Part shown: positions 1-11,509 of the stretch, piece after piece
Position numbering within the stretch: the first letter of the stretch is position 1
Layout of the letters: the number at the start of each line of letters is the position of its first letter
Notes under the pieces: model-generated
The model's database searches: none
The model's input: the letters and a program-made list of their open reading frames with translations, nothing else
Told to the model about the DNA's origin: nothing
Assembly (NCBI GenBank): GCA_910592345.1
Contig: CAJVPI010000035.1
Span: 1 to 64,000 of the forward strand
DNA: 64,000 nucleotides
Direction: 5' to 3'
From: Paraglomus brasilianum
Taxonomy: Eukaryota
Program-made: the position numbers and the translations under genes

Positions 1-10
1 GCCCCCTTTG

Positions 11-110
11 TCAGTGCTACACTCAGTACCACACTCAGTACCCCCCTCCTCTCAGTACATCTGTGCCACACTTAGTAATAGTATCCCCCCTCAGTACCCT
101 CTCCCTCAGA
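11..110. repeat. Degenerate short tandem repeat (CTCAGTAC core with C-rich spacers)
   Basis: ctcagtac/tcagtac recurs about 5-6 times in the first 110 nt; may continue beyond the window start. Confidence 0.5.
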
Positions 111-648
111 GGGCCTTAGTTTCACAACTCACGGGACATATGTTGCTGTACTGGTAAGACAAATGTATACCAGTATCTAGTAATGGCAATCCCAATAATA
201 ACCACCCGCTTTTATTTGTGTTGTTGATTTTATTATATTAAGAAGACTTTGCATGGTACCAGAGTTATGTAGATAATTACATAAGCATGAATACGACGAG
301 CACGAAAATATCTAAATTGTTTGAGATTATTTCCACGGTTTGATGCAATACAATTTGGGATTTTCGCACTAATGATTGCACGCGTTTTGCGTTGTTGGAA
401 TAATAGCGAAGCCTTTACCGAGTAAAGAGATTTGTGAGTGATCTCGCACTTATTATCTTATTGGTAAACCGAATATTCAAAAGCGAAGATGCCTATACTA
501 AGTCGTTAGACACTCGTGACCGGGTGTCCACATCTGTGTCACCTTATTTTAAATTTCCAACACTAGCTCATTATGTCACGTGGAATGTTCACTAGGTCCA
601 TACTAATATTTCACTCTTGACATTTGTTTCCAACTTGATCTTTTCACA

Positions 649-3600
649 ATGAGTTATGAAATATTAGCAAACAACGTAATACGAGTAACTGCTTCAGACG
701 GTTGCTCACACACACCCCCCAACACTACTATAACAGAAGAACCAGACGGCAGTATGAATTACTATCATTACTTGCCCACAGAGGAGAAAAAGAATCACGA
801 TTGGAGAAAAAGGGTAGGACAGCGATTAGCTGTTAGACTCAAGACGAATGGAGCCGAAATTGGTAAGTTGCGATTCGGAACGTCGAGGAGAATTGCTGGC
901 TGGAAGATGGAACAATGACCGAGTAAGAATACATTGTTAACAATGAACGACATGATAGTTAGTATTTAATAGCTTAACTTGCGTATTCCGCTTTTGGAAC
1001 GCGCTTGCTTACATGCTGATAACATACTAATTAAATAGTCGATCTTAACATTTAACATGTTCGATCAACCTTATTATTTTCGTCATATTTAATAATGTGC
1101 TGCGCCAGGCCCCGTCTTAATTGATTGTTCTAATACGCATTCTGATACTAAATTAGTACAATTGTTATTACTACGCTATTTCATCATGCTCCTGCGACTT
1201 ATTGTCCACTGATATTATTTGGTTAGATCCGAATACAGCAGTGTTGGCGAATTGGCCAAGCGGCTATAAGCTATATGAACATAGAACCCGAAAGGATAAT
1301 ACGCAGAAAATACGCACTGATGTTTATTTGTTCGGTGAGTAACGAAGCATTTGATGAACTAATTGATTATATCTCCTTTATATTCAAACCATCATACTTT
1401 CTTCTGTTCAATATACGTTGAATTAAAGGTCGCCATAGATTCCGATCTGCCAACGAAGTAGAACCGCACATCTTCTGGCTAATAACAGACAAAACATTTC
1501 CATGCCAATGTAAATATTGCACAAGAAGTAGTACAGTACCCAACACCAATACTGTAACAACCTCACCCGAATCATCGATAGCCAAAAAGGCAGAACCGGC
1601 CACATTGAAAACAGAATTATCAACACCCTTACTGTACAAGCGATATTTTGCATTTCGCACGGGAGAATTAGTCTGGGTAGACTTGACGGATATTGGAGAA
1701 GCAGCCTTTACTCCCATGATTCGATGGAATGATGGGAAAGTAAGATATTGGCCGTCAATAATATGGACTCGCGACAGGCGTAACGACGTAAAGCCGGGTG
1801 TTCCTGTCGTACTACGCTATCATGTCAAACTACTACGTATACCCACATGTAGACGACTCAAAGAAACATCTCTTAGACCATGGCTATCTCACATTCCGAT
1901 GATTACTCCAGAAGATGCAAGTCCATCTCGGAACAACGTAACAGAGCTCATACTCAATCATGATTACATATCTGCCTTCGCTATAGCTCTAACTGCAGCA
2001 CGCAAATACGCGGAGAGCTACGCAGTAGAATCTCCGTATCGATACAAAGAATCAGAATATCGCTTATTGTCCTCACCTGATATTAAGGAAAAACAACGCC
2101 TCGAACTGATGGCTCAATATACACATTACCACTACATTTGGATCGGATCAGAACATGTGTACGAGGACGATGTACTTCGTTTGAAACCTGAATCAGATGA
2201 AAAATATTACCTTCGCGTAGCTAGCATCTACAGACATCCCGAAAAAGGTATCCAATTTACGGGAGATCTATATAAGCGAGGCCAGGCTTTGAAAAATATT
2301 CCAGAGACAGTGGACGATTATTCATGGATACCGTTGAATTCAGAAGAGGAGGAGTTTACAATTGATTTATGCGATGTCGCCGGAAGATTTTATGCTACAT
2401 GGCCGGATATTGACGGCTTGTCCAGAGCGAGGGAGCTGATGAGGGTTTATACGAGGCAGGAGTCTCTTGGCTGCGATTGGAGGCAGAATGGTTTTGCCGG
2501 TGAAAATGGTATGACGATAGGAGAAGAGATTGTTGATGTATGGAGACCAGACCATTAGCGACATTGCATTCGAAAATAACATCAACCGAAACCTGTTATA
2601 GCAAGAGACAAAGATAGTCAACTTCATTTGAGTACTAATTTACTTCTTTTTTGCTCTTGCTTCCTTTCTCTACGTTTTAGCCACACCCACTGGACGCACT
2701 GCAAAACGAGGCCCAATGCTGAAGCTCCCTGGTGAAAAGTTAACACGTAAACATAGGAGAGTAGATAAAACTGGTGTCAACAGCAGTGACAAAGGCAATG
2801 GAAGTGGAAGTAGGCTTCAACTTGGGAGTGGGAATAGTAATGGGACTAACAGCATGCGCTCCGGAGGATGGAACGGCAGAATTAAGTGGGTTTGGGATGA
2901 TGTGGAAAAGAAAGTTATTGTTAATCATGACCGAAAAGGAAAAGGCAAAGAGGTTGCAACAGGGAGTGAAAACGTGGACAGTAGAAATTTGATGGTTGAG
3001 TGTGAAGTTTGTTCCATGCCATATTCGAATAACGCGACCAACAGTACGGGATTGCCACCAACGTAAGTATCTGAAATTAAGAGATCAAGTAAAGTGATTG
3101 ATGTAGACAGGCAACGATTGCCTACAAAACAACATTTGAAAGATAAGACAAATGGTGATTGGCCCTCTATAACGCATATCCTCATACTATTCTCCCATTT
3201 ACTTTTTCTTATCAAGAACCCAAACGTCATCCAATTACCTCCCAGCTACGCTCGAAATACGCACGCTAACCACCGATGCCACACCGTTCAAGCAACAGGA
3301 GAATAGACGCTTGTTAACTTTCTGGCCGGCCAAGACGTCAACGCTGGTATCGAACAAACAGGCATTTGAAAATTTGGTTACATTTCTCGGAAGTGGGCAG
3401 GTGAGAAGAGAATTATAGATTGAACAGTCCAAGGGTTTATGCTAATCGTAAGTGCACTTATTAATTGCTATTCAATATGTATTGCTATTCGCGTTATTAT
3501 AGGTGGCGATAGCCGAAACAGAAAAACTATCGGTTATGATAAAGGCTTATGATAAGCTCCTTCTCGGCGCAATTCTGTCTCGATTACCAAATTCTAAAAC

Positions 3601-3922
3601 ACTTCCATCATCGTCATTGGCAGCGCAACCTATCATTACTCAACCAACTATTACTCAATCCATCACTATTCAACCTACCACTACACAACCCATTGCTGCG
3701 CAGTCGACTGCTGTTCGAGCTATTCCTGCTCAACCCACTGCCACTCGTCCCATCACTACTCAATCTACCACTACTCAACCTGCTGCTCGATCCATCGCTA
3801 CTCAATCCGTTGCCACTCAACGCATTGCTACGCAACCTATTGCTACTGAACCCATTACCACTCAAATTCCTACCCCAAGTACATCAAATAAAAATGCAGC
3901 AGCAACCATTCAGGCCAATTGA
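649..3922 (+). CDS. Cryptic loci regulator 2 (Clr2)-family chromatin silencing protein; 6 exons: 649-862, 1227-1334, 1429-2508, 2681-3062, 3217-3400, 3503-3922
   Basis: GT-AG splicing keeps one frame. The spliced N-terminus ...LANWPSGYKLYEH...RTDVYLFG-RHRFRSANEVEPHIFWL...CQCKYC matches the Clr2 N-terminal motif. It is followed by GELVW...YWP and IWIGSEHVYEDDVLRL (Clr2 C-terminal BAH-like region). Exons 4-6 are less certain than exons 1-3. Confidence 0.8.
3620..3865 (+). repeat. Coding 15-nt degenerate tandem repeat encoding (T/A)TQPI-like units in the last Clr2 exon
   Basis: Translation QPIITQPTITQSITIQPTTTQPIAAQ...ATQPIATEPITTQ. Confidence 0.8.
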
Positions 3923-5045
3923 TTATGTGACATTTAAGATACAACCAGTAAATTGCTGTTGATGATTTGCTTTGTTAATGAGCGAATCGAGTCGTGCCGC
4001 GACTGGGTGTAAATAGTAATAAATATAAATATAACTAATTAATGACAGAATGCGTCACGTATTCGAGGACCTTCATCCTAGTGTTATCTAGCACTTTACA
4101 AGTCAATCATTTTCACTATAGGAGTAAAAGAATTTATTATTTATTGTATAATTATGTTGCCCCACATCTATTGGGTTGCGAGCCCAGCTTCCTAACTATA
4201 ACTACGAGACGTATAATGGAATGATGCAACTCTAAAACTTGTGAAGTGTTGATGGTGAAGTTAGCTCTGCACCTATTTAAACTCTGTTAGAAGAACATGA
4301 TCAATTATTTGCTACAAATGCTAGTGGTATGCATAAGACTAACTGGACATGCTAAGACACCTCGTGCCTGAAGCATATCAACAGATTAATATCAAGTCTT
4401 CATGTATTATATAATGCAACTTGAGTGAAATGGCTCAAACATCTTAATGGTTTCAGATCAGACATGATAAACGCAACCATCCCATTATATACTTTATAGT
4501 GCTGCTTGTCCTGTCCTCAACCAGTTTGTCCTCAACCAATATGTCACTAGAATTAAACTCTATTGTTCACTTATTATGATTGTCTAACCATTACATTTTC
4601 CCTAATACTATATACTGATCTCTCATCTCCAATTATTAAGAGCTTTAAAGTAAATGTAACATTATTATTGTCATCACATCTTAAAGCAAGTAGAAAATGT
4701 AATTCTAAGTTGTAGGGATAAAATCAATGTCAAGCAAGCATCAATTATATTGCACAGTATTCAGTACAAAACGAAAACGGCTAGTCACCGTACGAAAGCT
4801 ATCGAGGGTGTCCGACTACCATTTTGTCATAAGGCTGGAGCGCTGCACAGCCACTTAGGCATTCAAGAGGGTGGAGCGCCGATAAAAGGCATGAAGCAAG
4901 CTGTCGTCTCAATGAGATAATTCACTTTGTCCGGGTAATCCTACATATTCAGTATACCATGCCTGTTACTTTACACGTAATTGATTGACGACTATAATCA
5001 CGATGATTGTCGCGGTGCGACAATTGGCACTGCATTGTTAAGCTA

Positions 5046-5121
5046 TAAAAGTACTCCAAGCCTGATGAGGAAACCCTGAAATTGGTAAACCTAGAACCAA
5101 TAGCTTCTGGAGATACATTTT
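5046..5121 (+). ncRNA. Type I hammerhead ribozyme (possibly slightly decayed)
   Basis: Core CTGATGA 5062-5068; stem II GG-AAACC-CT; GAAA 5078-5081; stem III TTGGT/ACCAA; then T5101 A5102 (AUA triplet). Stem I GTACTCCAAGC pairs with GCTTCTGGAGATAC with bulges. Confidence 0.72.
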
Positions 5122-7616
5122 ACGTAATCCAAACTCTATTTCTGAGTACTGCCCTTCTGACGTTTTACTTTTAAAGCACTATATCCTAAAACCCTAACCA
5201 AGCTCCTCGATCTTATTCTTATTATTATCACCAAATCTCTAAAAAATGTGTTTTGAACATCCCTTCATTGATTCCCTTGTTGCCAGCTTCAATTAAAATA
5301 AAGTTAAATGTCAGTCATATTTGCCATATCTGGGCCATAGTTGTGCTTTAAAACAAAGCTTCCACATTATCGTTATGTGTAGATAAGAAATTATATTTTT
5401 TTCACTCCTGATCTAATATTCATTTAATGAGAATTCTAAATTAATAAACGTATTATCAATGTTATGCCCTGTTCCAGTAATTTATGTGATAACGTTGAAA
5501 CGGGTTGACCCGTTCTCAGAACGGTTGTAACATTAACACATGAAAGGACACCTCAACACCTTTATAACACTGCAACCATTGGAATTTTTGCGCACACTAT
5601 ATAATAATCGCGTCTACTTTTCTTAGCTACAAAATTCTTGACTCGCGTTATGACTCGATTTTATTTTACGCTTCCTAATTTAGATAAGAATTCGGATATA
5701 GAGCATTTTTTATACGAATTGATTCCAAAACGTAACAATAGAATATATAATTGCTGGAATTTTGTCAATAATATTGGAAGTATTCAAGATGAGGTTAAGA
5801 AGAAATGTCGACAGACAATATGATTAAAAACAGAGATGAATAGATCGTCAAATTGTGTCAACCGTACTACACTAGCTCGTCGGGAAGAAAACATAGACAA
5901 TTCTTGTATTACACCCTCTATTAAAACGCGAACATTGTTCTAATGATCAGCTGCAAATTAAAAATTCCGGTTTTTGCATAAATGCTTTGCGAGGATGTTC
6001 AAATAATTTTCTCCGCTAAAACATGTGTTATATTACTCCAATTGTAATTATAAATGTGATAGCTTAAAACAAAACCGAATTAAAATGAAAATTTCTCTAT
6101 TTTAATACGTACGCATGAAAATTATATATATTTGGGGGCGCTTTTTTTTAGGGTAACTTTGTTAATAGAAGAGTACTGTGGGTTTCAAAGGCATTAAAAG
6201 AGGATCCAAGAAGACCCCAAATTTCGGTTTAATAAACAAGTTCAAAAATTGTTTAATATTAAGGGTATAGAAATTACTACTTCTTATACATCACAAAACT
6301 TCTATTTATAATCAATGTGCTTTATATATATTTGTATGGAAAAGTTACGTAGTAATGAAATGTCTAAAGTGATTATCGTGTCCATCTGTTGTCTTAGAAG
6401 GTGCGTGTTGCTTTTTTCGTAGAAGATCTTTAGTCTTATAAAATAATAATTGCTAAACATTTTTTTTTCTTTTTACTTAAAAATTCTCAGACTCCTCTTT
6501 CTAAATTCAGTAATCTCGGCTAAAAGTTTCGAATTTAATTCACTATATCAAATTGTATGTTCGATAATAATTTAGAGATTTTGGAAGATAATGCAGAGAA
6601 GAACCTGCAACACGAGATTCTTACGTTCTTTGTTTGCCTCATATGGAGTCCTGAACGCGTGTAACCAAACTACCGATTTACGCTTAATCGGATAAAAGTT
6701 TGAAAGTCACTGTACCATTCCAGTTTTTTCCGCAGTATTTGACCAATGATAAAGATTGTTACGTAAGCTCACCGTTAACGTTTACGCTTGGGCTGATGTT
6801 GAAGATCATAAACGCTAACCTATTTTCAATGGGGATTGTTGGACGAATATTAGCCTTTGACCTTCTCGTTACACGAGAGTTACGGGTCTTTGCGCATCGA
6901 AAAACAACGATATTTTAAGTTGCAAGTATATTATTTACAGTAAACTAAAGAAAATCGTACAAAATCTAAATTAATTAATATCAAGGTCAAACTTGGCGGG
7001 CGGTATCGATGCCTTCTCCCTGTCTCTGAACAAATATCATGTCAGAGCTTGAGCTTAGATTCATCTTGTTCCTAATAAGGACCAACCAATCTCGGGGAAG
7101 CACCAAAAATTAGTTTATTTGTACAAAGACTTGATTTCTGACGAACCGTTAATAATCACCCTCACGGAAATGTATTATATCGCGAATTTAGCATATTGTA
7201 TTGGCTTGGTTTTTTAAAGCATGTTATCTATTTATTAACATTAATGGTTCATTATTACCTTATTATACCGCAATTTCCCAATTGGATGCTTTAACAATTG
7301 TGATGTTTATGTTGAACCCGCATTCTTTCTCACCCTCCTAATACTGTATTTGCTCCACAACGGATGCACTACCTAACCAGAATCGGCCTGTCAACCACGT
7401 GAAACCCTTTTCCTGTTTTTCCTAATTGTTTCCGGAATATTATTTCTACAAAATGGCGACTTATAATGAACTTTCTTCATTGGTCACATCGATTCGAAAA
7501 ATTTCATGTCACACCGAGACCAACTCGATTGTTCCAGGTAAAGAGTATTAGTATAAATGTAGTCCAAACAAAAAATGTCCATTCACGGTTTTCTGCTCGC
7601 GAAATAGATAGAGAGC

Positions 7617-9182
7617 ATGGACGACAAGTCAAAGTCGACGAAAGTGGGAAAGGAAAGAAACACAGAGAATAGGGGAACACTGCGTGATGACTATGATCGC
7701 GATTTAACGAAAGAAGTCTCGAATATAAATTTAGGATTTTCTAATACACAGTCGTTTGCAAAGACGTCTACCAAAAACCCTCAACAAATCGCGGTTGCTT
7801 CAACCGTTGACAGTGCACGAACAGCACTATCTCAAACTCTGCCTTCTACTACCCCTTCAACTCACATGTCATACCGCAGTCCATTGCCACGCCGTTGCAT
7901 TCTCTACTTAGAGCCCGCCCGCTCGTCCGAATTCTACCAAACTATCAAGTCCTTCTACGATGCAAGTATTGCACTGAATATTGAGAATGAAGCACAGCAG
8001 TATCATCCACACATTTCCATGACAGGATTTTTTGTTTGTAGAAATTGTGATAAAAATAAAAGTGACGATGAAGACGGATTAATAAGAAAAAGAACGGAAG
8101 CCGAGAAAGTATTGAGCAACGATGAAGGAAAGAAAGAGGGAAAAGTTGGAAAAATCAATGAAGACTTGAGTAATGAGTCGAAATCAATAAGTAAACCGAT
8201 AAATATATTAAATCCCAACCAATTCACGACATCGCTATATTCCTCTCACTCTCCGACTTTCCCACCATCTTCCTCTTCCCCAAACAATCGATTTCCGCTT
8301 TCGCCCCGCTCTCCTGTTTCTATCTATTCCCCAGCCATAAACTTCCCACCCTCTGTAATAATCTTAAAAAATGTAATATCCAACTTTATATCAGCCAATT
8401 TGGCTCTCTTCACGCAGCCGAAAATACACGATTTTGTTAGATCTGAAGATTCTGTTTTGATTGGTTTGAAAGTTGACAAAGTGTATCACAGACTGGTAGA
8501 TGAAGTTATAAAGACAGGGAACGAGATTGGATGTGAGATTAGGAAGAAAGGAATTGATCATATCTCGTTGGCATATTATTTTGGGAAATATGGTATAAGA
8601 AAAGGTACGACGGAGAAAAATAGTGGCGATGAGCCAGACAATAAGGGTCCAATCGGCGCTAGTCCTAATAGTACTATATCAAATCAAACTTTTGTTGAAG
8701 AGGAAAATGAGACGAAGGTCATTAGCACGGAGAAGAACAAGGGTGATGTAACGTACGCTGGAAAAACAATAAATGCAAAAGATTCATCAAAATCCTCAAT
8801 ACAGCCCCTTCACATATCATTACCACCGCGAAGAATAACACACAGACGGGTAGAATCTCTTACAAGTTCTCCCTTTGCGTCTCCGTCCCCCTCTCCCACA
8901 GAACCCTCGCTTTCTCAAATTCCTCAAGAACTCACTTCGTCTCCACTCTCGCAGTCCCATCATCAACAACAGCCAATGTTAACTCTCGATTCTGAACTAT
9001 CCCCTTTGACCCCTCTACTTCTTGATCATTTAGAAGAGTACGCAATGGAGACAATTGCAGTCGATGAAGTGCGAGAGGGTAAATGTAAGTGGGATGTTGT
9101 GTTATATGAAAGTTTACGCATGGCGGAGAGAACTGATGAGAGACATGGATGGAGAGAAATTCAGAGGTGGAACGTGGTTTGA
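7617..9182 (+). CDS. 2H phosphoesterase (cyclic phosphodiesterase fold), UBASH3/STS-type, with long low-complexity insertions; intronless
   Basis: 521-aa ORF with two HxS motifs (YHPHISMTGFF, DHISLAY). ILYLEP...FY.AS...NEAQQYHPHISMTGFF resembles the UBASH3 2H domain pattern. C-terminal WDVVLYE. Confidence 0.7.
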   Translation: MDDKSKSTKVGKERNTENRGTLRDDYDRDLTKEVSNINLGFSNTQSFAKTSTKNPQQIAVASTVDSARTALSQTLPSTTPSTHMSYRSPLPRRCILYLEPARSSEFYQTIKSFYDASIALNIENEAQQYHPHISMTGFFVCRNCDKNKSDDEDGLIRKRTEAEKVLSNDEGKKEGKVGKINEDLSNESKSISKPINILNPNQFTTSLYSSHSPTFPPSSSSPNNRFPLSPRSPVSIYSPAINFPPSVIILKNVISNFISANLALFTQPKIHDFVRSEDSVLIGLKVDKVYHRLVDEVIKTGNEIGCEIRKKGIDHISLAYYFGKYGIRKGTTEKNSGDEPDNKGPIGASPNSTISNQTFVEEENETKVISTEKNKGDVTYAGKTINAKDSSKSSIQPLHISLPPRRITHRRVESLTSSPFASPSPSPTEPSLSQIPQELTSSPLSQSHHQQQPMLTLDSELSPLTPLLLDHLEEYAMETIAVDEVREGKCKWDVVLYESLRMAERTDERHGWREIQRWNVV

Positions 9183-10627
9183 ACGAGGAGGGGGGAAGGG
9201 GGGAGAAAATTCTAAATGAAAATAATAAGATGTCTTCCGATTCTGTCAACATATAACATATGAAAAAAATTATATATATGTCACATTTGTGATTAGATGG
9301 GTAATTATGTAATTAGAAAGGGTTTGTAGAATTATTCAAATGCTGTATGCATTTAGGTAATCATTGATTATAATATATGATTCATTTTGCAAGAAAACCA
9401 CAGAGTAAACATAACAGATTCAGGCTAGATGCCGCAAAAGAGCATGATATTACATCATTTATGCTCTCTAATTTTTTACCATCAATATCTTTTCTTCCGA
9501 AAATCGATTGTCTATTTTGTGGCTTGGGGTTCTTGTCTGGCTTAAAAGTTGTATGATGACGTTACACACCAATGAGCTTGCTATTGTTTTTTAATTAAAA
9601 TATGATGTTATTTTTATCTAAACATCTTTTGTGCAGTGTTGGTTGGAATTTGCTTTGATGTCTGCTGAAGCGACAGAGTTGCCAACTGAGTCGTGAGAGG
9701 GGGAAATTGACATTCGGTTACGAAGGTAACCTATATTTATACATTCTTGCGCATCACATTACAGTCAGAGAGATTTCCAAATTTGGACAACGCCGATCCC
9801 TACGATTGTTTCAGATAAGATAGCTTTAGAAAGTATCCAGAGTTTATTGAACTATTTGCAACAATCAAATGATATAAGTGTAAATAGCTCTGTATTGTCA
9901 GGGATAAAAGATTTGCAATGTCAGATAAAAAAAAGGCAAGTCGATTCTCTAAGACAAGCTAGTCTACAGGAATATTTTACGATGTAATTATTTAATAATA
10001 GGAATAAATGCTAAATCCTTTATCACGTGATTATAGATGCAAGCGTGTAGTAAGAAAGAATCTAGAAATTTCTGGAACCCAAAAACGTTTTCAGCTTTGC
10101 TTTTGATATCTGCTTCTTCACGTGCTATTGGCAAACGTCTGATGATATTCTGAATTAAATAAAGTCTACTGTCTTGCAATTTTTATTAAATCTTTCATTT
10201 CTTCATTCAGTATTCATAACAACATTAAGTCTGTATAAAACGAATACTATTTATCAAATATATATATTTTAATCTTATAGCCGAATATTGGCCAGCCATA
10301 ACGTAGTGCAAACAGTAAGAGAAAAGACTTTCACGAAAAGTTGCCAATGTTGTACCTTCCCAAACTCAGACACAAAGCTCAATTATTTTACACGCATAAA
10401 AAAAAGAGCTTTTAAAACGCTTGCGAGTATGCCTTAATATAAACATTACACGCACGATAACGATAACGATAGACAATATAAATGGAGCAATAATGCAATT
10501 TTTATTAAACATAATCAGCTGTTTATTAATTAAGATACAAAGGTATACTCTCAATACAGGACTGGCTATCTCTTGTTGCCACAATAATGTAAATATTTGA
10601 TTTGACTATTTATCATTCTGTAATGTT

Positions 10628-11509
10628 TTATTTTGCAAATACGGGGGGGCCCTGAAAACAAACGTCTTGTTGCTTGTCACAAGCGCCAACGTTAGGAATT
10701 TTAGGGTTCTTGTCTTTGTTGAAAGAATCTGCACATGCATTGTGCTGAATAGCACACTGACGGTTGTGTGCGGCGCCGACGTCGTTAAAGGTGAATTTTT
10801 TTACTTGGAAAGTTCCATTATCAAGCTTCTTAATAAATGGCATTTGAATACCAGCGAGAGGATGGTCAGCTGCTTTGTTTCCAGTCTTGCCTTTTGGTTT
10901 TTTGGGTTTCTTTGGTTTCTTTGGTTTCTTTGGTTTTTTGGATTTCTTGGGGGGCTTTCCCCCTTTATTGTTCGATGCAGCCTTGATTTTATCTAAAACG
11001 CCAAGTGGGTCATAGTGTTCGTCCAGATTAAAAGCGTCTGTAGGCGTTTTTGGTTTTGTTTTCGCATCAGGATCTTGCTTTTGTACAATTCCATTTAACT
11101 CCTTGAAGAATGGTTTTCTCGCACACAAGAAACTCGGTTTTCCAACCTCGTTGGTATTTCTCTCTGCGGTTCGATATTTCTTTGCTACTTCAATTAAAAA
11201 TTTTTCCTTTTTCTTTCCATCTGGAATTGATTTATCAGCACCCATTGTTTTCGCAAAAAATATCAAGTGATCCGCCACAAGCTGTTGTCTGCAAGCAGGC
11301 TTAGCGGCAAGAAGAGCATTTACGGCTTCGCCAGACAGATTTCCAATTCGTGCGCCATAATTGGTATTCACAGCACTGTCGCGCATTTTTTGGTAAAGTG
11401 GTTCAACAAACTTGGAATGTTCTTGACCAAAACGACGCTTCTCGAGTGGAGTGGCAGATGAAAAAAGGACTAAACCAACAACCACTATAAAAATTACAGA
11501 AATCTTCAT
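10628..11509 (-). CDS. Secreted two-domain protein with KKP linker repeat and 4-Cys C-terminal module
   Basis: Signal peptide MKISVIFIVVVGLVLFSSA; Kex2-like EKR/RFGQEH; (KKP)n linker; C-terminal RQCAIQHNACAD...CDKQQDVC; intronless 293 aa. Confidence 0.8.
   Translation of the reverse strand: MKISVIFIVVVGLVLFSSATPLEKRRFGQEHSKFVEPLYQKMRDSAVNTNYGARIGNLSGEAVNALLAAKPACRQQLVADHLIFFAKTMGADKSIPDGKKKEKFLIEVAKKYRTAERNTNEVGKPSFLCARKPFFKELNGIVQKQDPDAKTKPKTPTDAFNLDEHYDPLGVLDKIKAASNNKGGKPPKKSKKPKKPKKPKKPKKPKGKTGNKAADHPLAGIQMPFIKKLDNGTFQVKKFTFNDVGAAHNRQCAIQHNACADSFNKDKNPKIPNVGACDKQQDVCFQGPPVFAK

Noticed and set aside
3549..3962. Leu-rich and Ser/Gly-rich ORFs overlapping 3503-3922
   Set aside because: Frame and antisense shadows of the 15-nt repeat in the last Clr2 exon
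9553..9668. Possible C/D snoRNA (ATGATGA...CTGA)
   Set aside because: No terminal stem or guide sequence I could recognise; such boxes occur by chance in AT-rich DNA
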